Source: Nanopusillaceae archaeon (GTDB lineage: Archaea; Nanobdellota; Nanobdellia; Nanobdellales; Nanobdellaceae). Taken from it: a stretch of DNA of 13,707 bases. Below are positions 6,761 to 13,594 of the stretch, one piece after another (the first letter of the stretch is position 1; every line of letters starts with the position of its first letter). The DNA is taken from assembly GCA_038735675.1 (NCBI GenBank), contig JAVYNJ010000016.1, positions 1-13,707 on the forward strand. Direction: 5' to 3'. The notes under the pieces are model-generated. The model searched no databases, was not told where the DNA came from, and saw nothing but the letters and a program-made list of their open reading frames with translations. Made by a program: the position numbers and the translations under genes.

Positions 6761-7075
6761 ATGAAATTACCAAAAACTGTTAGAAAATATTGTCCACACT
6801 GTAATACGATTACAGAACATAAAGTAATTATAGTTAAAGCTATAAAAGCTAGAGGTGGATTGTCCTTTGGAGCTAGAAGAAGTAGAGAAGGTAAAAAAGG
6901 AATGGGAAACAAAGGAAAATTTAGTAAGAGACCAATTTCCCAAAGAAAACGAGGATTATTTAAAGTATCTAAAGGAATAGATATAAGACTTGAATGTTCT
7001 AAATGTAAGAAAAAACATGTATGGAATATAAAAGGAAGATACAAAAAAGTTGAAATTTCCACTTTTTCTAAATAA
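6761..7075 (+). CDS. rpl44e: 50S ribosomal protein L44e (eL42)
   Basis: 104 aa. It shows KYCPHCNTITEHKV ... GNKGKFSKRP ... LECSKCKKKH, which is the CxxC...CxxC zinc ribbon and GxxGKFSK core characteristic of L44e. Confidence 0.93.
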   Translation: MKLPKTVRKYCPHCNTITEHKVIIVKAIKARGGLSFGARRSREGKKGMGNKGKFSKRPISQRKRGLFKVSKGIDIRLECSKCKKKHVWNIKGRYKKVEISTFSK

Positions 7076-7557
7076 TGGATTTTAAAGCCTATATTGAAGC
7101 TTTAGGAAATGATAAAGATACTTTAAAGAAATTTTTGGAAGAGATTAGTAAAAAAATTAAAGAATTTAAAAGCATAAACATAAAAAATATAAAAATAGAA
7201 GAACCTATAGAAAGAGAAATAGAAGAAAGTGGGAAAAAAATGAAACTATGGTCTTCTTATATAGAAATTTTAGCTAGTATAGAAAAATTTGAAGATTTAA
7301 TAGATTTTGTACTTTGGTACTCCCCATCGAAAATTGAAGTATTAGATCTAAAAGAAATTAAGATATTAACCTCTGAGAAAGAGATAAGATTAGGTAAGGA
7401 AAATTTAAATATCCTTTTAAATCAGATATCTTCTAGAATAATTGAAATGACTAGGTTAGTTAATATTTTAATGACTACAAATTCCATATTATACAAAACT
7501 TTAGAAAAATATGCTCCAGGAGAAATTAAAAAATTACAAGATAATCAGCCAAAATAA
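7075..7557 (+). CDS. Hypothetical 160-aa acidic/helical protein, start-stop coupled to rpl44e
   Basis: Its ATG shares the final A of the rpl44e TAA (TAATG at 7073-7077). It has no Cys, TM segment or signal peptide, and I recognise no motif. It occupies the slot normally held by S27e downstream of L44e, but it is not S27e because it lacks a zinc ribbon and is three times longer. Its 3' end overlaps the convergent PAC2 gene by 13 nt. Confidence 0.7.
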   Translation: MDFKAYIEALGNDKDTLKKFLEEISKKIKEFKSINIKNIKIEEPIEREIEESGKKMKLWSSYIEILASIEKFEDLIDFVLWYSPSKIEVLDLKEIKILTSEKEIRLGKENLNILLNQISSRIIEMTRLVNILMTTNSILYKTLEKYAPGEIKKLQDNQPK

Positions 7558-8348
7558 TAAGGCATTTTTTTATCTTTCAGATTTTCTAAATTTACTTTTC
7601 TTTCTGAAATCATTTTTTGAATTTCCAATCTAATTTTTCTTCCTTTTTCTATTAAACTATCTAAATTAACTTCAAAATTATATATTTTAGAAAGCAAATC
7701 CAATATTTTTGCTGCACCCAAATAACCATAAATTTGATTTGAATAATAAGTCTCAACCAATAATATATATGCGGGGATTTTATAGTAATTAGATAAACTA
7801 ACAAAAAGACCAGACATTCCAACAACATTATTTTTTACAAAATTTTCAATTTTTTCCTTTATCTTTTTTGTTATCTTATTTTTATCAAAATATAAATTAC
7901 TAGCTATGAAAACTTTCGGATTTTCTGGTTCAATTTCTAGGCCTAAACCTCCAATAGAGACTATATGATCTGCCTTCAGCTTTTTAATCATTCTAAGTAT
8001 TGAAAAAGTTAAATTGTATCTATCTTCTAATGATATACCTACATCTTCTAAAATTCCCGGTTGCAAATCTCCATACAATACTAAAAAGTTTTTATTCTTA
8101 TTTTTAAAATAATAAAGATTTATAAGATACTGCTTAAAAACTATTCCTTCTTTATTAGAGAAAGAAACATCAGGAAAAGCTTTAGATACTATTACTGCTA
8201 TTTTTTTCGCTTTATATCTTTTTATTATTGTTTTACCAACTATTTTTGCTACATTTCCCATACCACCTCCCAAAGAATATATTAAAATTGGTTTTTTTAT
8301 CTTTTTTAGTATTTTATTATTTACAAAAATTCTTACCATTTTTATCAT
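7545..8348 (-). CDS. PAC2-family protein (archaeal proteasome-assembly-chaperone-like, COG1938 type)
   Basis: 267 aa. The pattern KKPILIYSLGGGMGNVAKIVGKTII ... FLVLYGDLQP ... ADHIVSIGGLG fits the PAC2 fold signature (G-x-G-x-vG near the N-terminus, then gd-qP, then lgG). Its position directly downstream of aIF2alpha-Nop10, with an ATGA overlap onto nop10, matches the conserved archaeal neighbourhood. Confidence 0.7.
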   Translation of the reverse strand: MIKMVRIFVNNKILKKIKKPILIYSLGGGMGNVAKIVGKTIIKRYKAKKIAVIVSKAFPDVSFSNKEGIVFKQYLINLYYFKNKNKNFLVLYGDLQPGILEDVGISLEDRYNLTFSILRMIKKLKADHIVSIGGLGLEIEPENPKVFIASNLYFDKNKITKKIKEKIENFVKNNVVGMSGLFVSLSNYYKIPAYILLVETYYSNQIYGYLGAAKILDLLSKIYNFEVNLDSLIEKGRKIRLEIQKMISERKVNLENLKDKKMPYYFG

Positions 8349-8527
8349 AAATAACCAAGTTTATATAAATATTCTCTTTTGTTTTTTCTTCTATAATCTC
8401 CCCATTTATCCTCTGGAGAAAATTTTGGCGGTATAGCTCTATAGGTTTTATTACCACAATTAGAGCATATTTCTCTAAAAGTATATGTTTTACAATATAT
8501 ACATTTTCTTAATTCTTTATTCTTCAT
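8345..8527 (-). CDS. nop10: H/ACA ribonucleoprotein complex subunit Nop10
   Basis: 60 aa. The zinc ribbon CIYCKTYTF..ICSNCG is followed by IPPKFSPEDKWGDYRRKNKRE, the canonical archaeal Nop10 sequence pattern. Confidence 0.92.
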   Translation of the reverse strand: MKNKELRKCIYCKTYTFREICSNCGNKTYRAIPPKFSPEDKWGDYRRKNKREYLYKLGYL

Positions 8528-9275
8528 TTATTTGATAGATTAAATTCAATTTTTTAGCATTGTTTTCAATATAATCTATCAAAATTCTTCTTTTTTCGTT
8601 TATTTCTCTAGGATTATAAGAATTATATTGAATTGCATATGTAGGAGCTCCCAAATATTTTATACTAAATCCTAAATTCTCTAAACCTTCTAAAAATTTT
8701 TTTAAAGATATAATTCCATCTCCTTGCATAGAATATATATCCAATATTATTCTTAATCTGTACATAGGAACACTATAATTTTCTTTAAGATAATCATAAA
8801 GTTTCTTAGCAATTTTTTTGTCTATCTCGTAATTTTCGAGAATTTTATATCCATTTATATACACTTCATTAAATATTTCAAATAATTTTTTTCCTTTGTA
8901 TATTATTTTGTCCAATAATTTATTTATATCTAATTTATTTTTTTCACAAAAAGATTTTAATAAAAAATAAGCTTGTCTTTCTTTCTTATATTCCGAAATT
9001 TTGGCCTTTCTTCGATTTTCATCAACCCTCTTTAAGGATAATGTTGCAATTCTGGCTTTTTCATCTACATCTAAAACATAGCAAACAACAACTTTGTCTT
9101 CGTAAGCCACTTCTCTAATATTAGTAATTCTTTTTGAAGATAATTCATCTATTGGAATAAAACCAATAAAATTTTCATATTCATTTAGTATTGTTTTTAT
9201 TGATATGTCACTAATTTCTTTTATAGTTGCAATTACAAAATCTCCCTTTTTAGGAGAATCTTTTTTAAGATACAT
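8517..9275 (-). CDS. eif2a: Translation initiation factor aIF2 alpha subunit
   Basis: 252 aa. The N-terminal S1/OB domain (PKKGDFVIATIKEI..GFIPIDELSSKRITNIREV..VVCYVLDVDEKARIATLSLKRV) is followed by helical and alpha-beta C-terminal domains of the expected length. It overlaps the nop10 start by 11 nt. Confidence 0.9.
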   Translation of the reverse strand: MYLKKDSPKKGDFVIATIKEISDISIKTILNEYENFIGFIPIDELSSKRITNIREVAYEDKVVVCYVLDVDEKARIATLSLKRVDENRRKAKISEYKKERQAYFLLKSFCEKNKLDINKLLDKIIYKGKKLFEIFNEVYINGYKILENYEIDKKIAKKLYDYLKENYSVPMYRLRIILDIYSMQGDGIISLKKFLEGLENLGFSIKYLGAPTYAIQYNSYNPREINEKRRILIDYIENNAKKLNLIYQINEE

Positions 9276-9286
9276 ATAATTTTTTG

Positions 9287-9305
9287 AAAAAAAATAATTA
9301 AAAAA
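9287..9305 (-). terminator. Oligo-T tracts (T5 then T8 on the minus strand) after the last envelope-operon gene
   Basis: Downstream of the stop at 9308-9310 the minus strand reads TAA-AG-TTTTT-TAATTA-TTTTTTTT-C. This lies in the 32-nt spacer before the aIF2alpha ATG (9275). It may separate the envelope operon from the aIF2alpha-nop10-PAC2 transcript. Specificity is weak in AT-rich DNA. Confidence 0.25.
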
Positions 9306-9307
9306 CT

Positions 9308-10147
9308 TTACTTCTCTATTCTTACTTGGCCTAAAAATACTCTTCTTACAATATTATAATTAAATTTAATTTCCACATAAAGATTTGGAGTTTCAACTAC
9401 ACCATCGAGAGGAATATTTATTTGATTTAAAGAATTTATTCTTAAGTCTGTTTCATTTCTAAGAATTTTTCCTATATATTTGATTTCATATAAACTTTTA
9501 AATTTATCTATATTCTCTCTAATAAAGCAGTCTTTCTCAACTTTTTGATAAGTTAAAACATACTTATCTCCTTCAGATTCTATTATTAAATATATTCTTA
9601 AATAAAATTTTTTGTCTATTTCATTATAATAAGATTCCGCTCTTTCAATTCTTATTATTCCATCAACGGGATATATATTACTAACTTTTAATTCGCATAT
9701 TCTGTCTTTATAAAAACATCCTTCTAATCCTATTATGGAATAGTAATTATAACAAAAGTTTACAATAACATTTTCATAGTCTGAAATAAAATATTCTGGA
9801 TTTTTGAAATAAATAAATCCTTCCTTAGGTAATTCTATCTCGTAAATCGTATAAATTCCTTCTTCTATTTTATTAGTACATCTACTTCCCGTAAGATTAA
9901 AAGCTAAAGATCTAAAAGAAGCTAAACAAAGACTCCAATTTAAATTTTGATCAAACAAAAATATTTTTACACCAACTCTATAGGGAAAATCTCTTTTTAT
10001 TGAGGGCGGAATGTTTGTTGGTGTTATATATAAACTATATTCTTTTTGTAATTTTTCATATTCTGAAGTTCCCGAAAAACAACTAAAAAATAAAAAATTA
10101 AACAATATAATAGAAAAGACATAAAAAAACAAAATTATACTTCTCAT
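9308..10147 (-). CDS. Uncharacterised secreted or membrane-anchored Cys-containing protein (279 aa), last gene of the envelope operon
   Basis: The N-terminus MRSIILFFYVFSIILFNFLFFSC-FSG has a charged n-region and a long hydrophobic h-region ending in S-C. The mature part is beta-rich and Tyr/Asn/Ile-rich, with six further Cys and N-x-S/T sequons (NWS, NLT, NET). Its ATG overlaps the upstream gene's stop (TAATG at 10145-10149). I recognise no family. Confidence 0.75.
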   Translation of the reverse strand: MRSIILFFYVFSIILFNFLFFSCFSGTSEYEKLQKEYSLYITPTNIPPSIKRDFPYRVGVKIFLFDQNLNWSLCLASFRSLAFNLTGSRCTNKIEEGIYTIYEIELPKEGFIYFKNPEYFISDYENVIVNFCYNYYSIIGLEGCFYKDRICELKVSNIYPVDGIIRIERAESYYNEIDKKFYLRIYLIIESEGDKYVLTYQKVEKDCFIRENIDKFKSLYEIKYIGKILRNETDLRINSLNQINIPLDGVVETPNLYVEIKFNYNIVRRVFLGQVRIEK

Positions 10148-11076
10148 TACACTTGTCTAACTATTTGTATATTATACATATTTCTCATTGAACACGTATA
10201 TTTTAAAACTAAGTCAACTTCCATATATACTCCGGTTTCTGATGCAAATAGTTGATAAATTTCGTTATTTTTTGTTAAATCTATAGAACATCTTAATGTT
10301 GCTGGCAAAGTATTTATGGTTGTAGGTGTACAAGATATTCCATCTATTTTCTTTCCTGCAATAACAGCATTAACTATAATTTCATTTCCAATTCTAAGTG
10401 GTGGTTGTCTTCTATATCCTTCAAAACATTTTTCAGCATCAATTATATCTAAATAAAATATAGCACTTTTTGATGTTATATCTATTTTTATTTTATCAGA
10501 TTTAGGTACAATTGGAGAAGATGTATAAGATATTAAAGTTTCTAATGATGATGTAGATCCTGTTGGAGGTTTTCTTAAAGTTGCGGGTATTTTTATTTTT
10601 GTAAATAATTCGGAAATATTATATTCTATTACTATATTTACATTGTTAATAGCCTCTAATCCAGCCGGAATTTTAAGTTCATATTTTATAGATTCTTTCT
10701 CCATTGGAAATACATTTTTCTTTATTGAATCGTATTCTGCCTCTTCTAATTCACATGATCCTAAAACTTCTCCAGGCATTACAGAAGATAAAATTCTATA
10801 GTTTATAGTATATGTTTTACCTTCTCCAGTATATATATATGACTTACAAATAACAGGATATGTATTGTTAAAACCTTCAACTGTGTTATATTCTATAAAA
10901 GTGTCTAAATCTGATAGCTCTACCGAAATTTTTCCTGGTTTGTTTACAGCCCATTCTGCTTTTAATAATTTTTCTTCTCTTTTTGCTTCAGAAGTTATTG
11001 GACAACTTTGAAATAATATTGTAGGTAATGCTAAAAGAAATGCTAATATTAAACTAAATACTGTCCTCTTCATCAT
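10147..11076 (-). CDS. Uncharacterised secreted or membrane-anchored Cys-containing protein (309 aa)
   Basis: The N-terminus MMKRTVFSLILAFLLALPTILFQSC-PIT is a Sec-type signal (KR, hydrophobic core) ending in S-C. The mature part has six further Cys, a PPTGSTSS linker-like stretch and N-x-S/T sequons (NNT, NIS). I recognise no family. Confidence 0.75.
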   Translation of the reverse strand: MMKRTVFSLILAFLLALPTILFQSCPITSEAKREEKLLKAEWAVNKPGKISVELSDLDTFIEYNTVEGFNNTYPVICKSYIYTGEGKTYTINYRILSSVMPGEVLGSCELEEAEYDSIKKNVFPMEKESIKYELKIPAGLEAINNVNIVIEYNISELFTKIKIPATLRKPPTGSTSSLETLISYTSSPIVPKSDKIKIDITSKSAIFYLDIIDAEKCFEGYRRQPPLRIGNEIIVNAVIAGKKIDGISCTPTTINTLPATLRCSIDLTKNNEIYQLFASETGVYMEVDLVLKYTCSMRNMYNIQIVRQV

Positions 11077-11116
11077 ACTTTTTTTATGTTTTTAAAAATT
11101 TTTAAATAAATAAACT

Positions 11117-13594
11117 TTATATATTATTCACTTTCATAACAATATATTCTAGATCTGTAACAACATTTTTTTCTATTCCATAAGTTGCTTTAGCAGTTAT
11201 TATAACCTCTGAATATTCCACAAATTCTACAAATGAAATTACTATTGGTATAAAAAAGAAAAACTTATCAAAATTTTCATTTTTGTAAAGTATTATATAT
11301 TTGTTTCTATCAAAATCGTCAGGTATTTTTTTAAAATTAACTTTACAATTTATTTTTTCTATATATTCTTTACAAGTAAGATCGTAAATTGCGGTTTGTA
11401 TTCCTTTAAATTGTGGATCTAACGAAATTTTTATATGATTTGGATTATATTTTATTTCGATTTCAAAATCTGAAATATCATATAGTTCATTTATATTTTT
11501 AAGAGATATATAAATAGTATCACTAACCTCATTAAGATTTCTAAATCTTATCACTGGATATTCTGAAAGAACACCAAGTCTAAGAATATTTATTTTTGGA
11601 AAATCTAAAAATCCATCAAAATATCCTAAATCATATTCTCTCTTATCTAATTTTAAATATGCATATATATCTTTGTTTTCATAAAAAGAATTTATTAGAA
11701 CGCTTTCGTCAACAACCAAAAATTTATATATGGTTCTCGTCGTTATATTAGAAATTAAAACTAAAAAATTGTTCTGAAAATAAAGCTTTTTATATAAGAT
11801 TTCTTCACAATTTGAAATATTTATATAAATCGTTGGAACAGTACATCTTATATTTTGAATACCATATTCAGGCACTTGATTATTCCTATAAAAATTATTT
11901 TTTTCATCAAAAAAGAATTCTGTATTATCATATATTACTTTTCTTCCAAGCTCTAATAAAGAATTTGAAGTTAAACAATCTAATTTAAATATTGGTCTTG
12001 TTAAACAATAAGCATTAAAATACATTTTAATATTACTGTTTATAGGAAGAGAAGATTTTATAGCATAATATAAATATTTCGTAGATAACTTTATTGTCGA
12101 ATCGGAATCTGAATAAAATGTATAATCTATTGGAAGTTTATTGATATCCTCTATTTCAAACATATATCTATATGAATCTCTAGCAGCTACAGATTCTGCT
12201 CTACTTTCTATATATGCAAGTTCTGGATTCTCTATGATAAACTTAATTCTATTTATCGTTTCTTCTATTGTTTTTCTTATTCCTGAGATTTGTTCTTCTG
12301 CAGACAAAGAAATTTTTTGTGGACAAAAAGAAGGCATAAAAATACAAATAGAATAAGAAAAAGTTGTATAAAACAGGATATAAATTACTATCATGATAAT
12401 ACTACCTAGAATTGCTCCTTGAACAATCCAAGATAGGGTTCTTTTGCTAACTAAACCAATAATAATTACTAAAATTACAAAGATTGTTAAAACTGTTAAA
12501 ATATTCCCAGAAACAAACAGTAAATATAATAAAATAATGTAAGATACAAAAGTTATTATAGAAACAATCGGTAGTTTTTCTCCTTTCTTTTTTATCTCTT
12601 TAAATTTTTCTTTAAATTTTACTCTCCCTTTTATTTTTTTAGATAACTGTGTTGGTTGTTTAGGGGGTTGAGATGGTGGAGTAGGTTGTTTTGGGGGTTG
12701 AGATATTTTTCTTTGCTGTTGTTGAGATAACTGTGTGGGTTTTTCGGGAGTTTGAGACGGTGGAGCGGGTTGTTTTGGGGGTTGAGATATTTTTCTTTGC
12801 TGTTGTTGATTTAACGTTTTTTCTTGTGGTTGTAGACCTTCTAGTGAGAAAAAAAAATCTAAATTAACACTTTCTTCTTTTTCCAATTTTTTTTCTTCTA
12901 TAAATCCATGCGAAATTAAAAATTCTATTCTACTAAGTGCTGCCTCGCACCTTTGATATTCATTTTCTTTATCTTTTAGCAAAGGCGCCAAAAAGCCATT
13001 ATATACTCTCGAATCTAATATATAAAGTAAAGTCTTTAAAAGATTTGCTAGTTCTGAATTTATTATAAAAAGTTTATCAAATACATTTTTTACGTAATTC
13101 TCTCCTAGATTTTTTAACTTCATTGCTCTTATAAAATCGTTATAAGCTTCTCCTATTACATTGTATAGTTCTTTAAACTTCTTTTTAATTTCCTCCAATT
13201 CCTTTTCTAATTTTATATAATCAAATCTATATTTTTTCAAATCTTTTTTTATATAATCGTTGTTTTTTATGTACTCTATTAAATATTCTTTGATATGATA
13301 TTTAATAAGAGAAGATTCGCAATTTCTTATAAGAGCAGCAAAATATTCTAGATTATATAAGATCTTATCATAATATTGTAGATTTTCTTTATTTTGCTTT
13401 AATTGTTTTAAATAATTTAAAATTTCTTCTCTTACAATATTATACCTTTTTATAGCTTCATTAAGCGCTTTTCCATACTCCACTAAATACTCAATTCGCT
13501 TTTCTAATTTTTCTTTCCTTCTTAAAAGTTCTTCAGGGGATTCTTCTTTTTTCGATTGATCTTCTAATTTATTTGGTAAGTCCATTTCATTCAT
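11117..13594 (-). CDS. Uncharacterised 825-aa multidomain membrane protein: N-terminal coiled-coil region, P/Q-rich tandem repeat, three TM helices, C-terminal Cys-paired ectodomain
   Basis: Residues 1-250 are Lys/Glu/Leu-rich heptad-like sequence with no signal peptide. Residues 263-318 are two 28-aa P/Q repeats. A basic cluster KKIKGRVKFKEKFKEIKKKGEK precedes the hydrophobic block at residues 341-420 (about three TM helices, DNA 12335-12574), so positive-inside logic gives N-in, C-out. Residues 421-825 are beta-rich with Cys pairs CLTRPIFKLDC, CTVPTIYINISNC and CKEYIEKINC, plus the sequons NIS and NIT. Its ATG overlaps the stop of an upstream partial ORF (ATGA). Confidence 0.8.
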   Translation of the reverse strand: MNEMDLPNKLEDQSKKEESPEELLRRKEKLEKRIEYLVEYGKALNEAIKRYNIVREEILNYLKQLKQNKENLQYYDKILYNLEYFAALIRNCESSLIKYHIKEYLIEYIKNNDYIKKDLKKYRFDYIKLEKELEEIKKKFKELYNVIGEAYNDFIRAMKLKNLGENYVKNVFDKLFIINSELANLLKTLLYILDSRVYNGFLAPLLKDKENEYQRCEAALSRIEFLISHGFIEEKKLEKEESVNLDFFFSLEGLQPQEKTLNQQQQRKISQPPKQPAPPSQTPEKPTQLSQQQQRKISQPPKQPTPPSQPPKQPTQLSKKIKGRVKFKEKFKEIKKKGEKLPIVSIITFVSYIILLYLLFVSGNILTVLTIFVILVIIIGLVSKRTLSWIVQGAILGSIIMIVIYILFYTTFSYSICIFMPSFCPQKISLSAEEQISGIRKTIEETINRIKFIIENPELAYIESRAESVAARDSYRYMFEIEDINKLPIDYTFYSDSDSTIKLSTKYLYYAIKSSLPINSNIKMYFNAYCLTRPIFKLDCLTSNSLLELGRKVIYDNTEFFFDEKNNFYRNNQVPEYGIQNIRCTVPTIYINISNCEEILYKKLYFQNNFLVLISNITTRTIYKFLVVDESVLINSFYENKDIYAYLKLDKREYDLGYFDGFLDFPKINILRLGVLSEYPVIRFRNLNEVSDTIYISLKNINELYDISDFEIEIKYNPNHIKISLDPQFKGIQTAIYDLTCKEYIEKINCKVNFKKIPDDFDRNKYIILYKNENFDKFFFFIPIVISFVEFVEYSEVIITAKATYGIEKNVVTDLEYIVMKVNNI
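12641..12808 (-). repeat. In-frame tandem duplication, 2 x 84 nt (2 x 28 aa, QQQQRKISQPPKQP[A/T]PPSQ[T/P]P[E/K][K/Q]PTQLS) inside the 825-aa gene
   Basis: The units are 12641-12724 and 12725-12808. Hand alignment gives 9 mismatches in 84 nt, and the last 39 nt of each plus-strand unit are identical. Mismatches cluster in the other half and change 4 codons. This is the only conspicuously G+C-enriched stretch besides the tRNA. Confidence 0.9.

Noticed and set aside
6682-7062. 126-aa minus-strand ORF overlapping the GINS 3' end and rpl44e
   Set aside because: It is antisense to an unmistakable L44e frame. Its hydrophobic, low-complexity sequence looks membrane-like only as a composition artefact.
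6730-7557. Search for a hidden rps27e-like small zinc-ribbon ORF near rpl44e
   Set aside because: The 31-nt gap before rpl44e and the direct TAATG junction after it leave no room. The 160-aa downstream protein has no cysteines.
9308-11076. Calling the 279-aa and 309-aa proteins canonical lipoproteins or type IV pilin-like proteins
   Set aside because: The box before the Cys (F-F-S-C, F-Q-S-C) does not fit the bacterial L-[AS]-[GA]-C lipobox. The N-termini also lack the K/R-G/A cleavage site followed by a hydrophobic helix that marks class III signals. I report only a non-canonical Cys motif, as a hypothesis.
12141-12356. 71-aa plus-strand ORF inside the 825-aa gene
   Set aside because: It is antisense to the TM/ectodomain junction of the long ORF, with no independent start context. 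It is a shadow ORF.
12641-12808. GC-enriched repeat patch as a CRISPR-like array, ncRNA or foreign insert
   Set aside because: There are only two directly abutting units with no spacers. They are perfectly in frame (84 nt each) with the surrounding 825-aa ORF, and Pro/Gln codons explain the composition.
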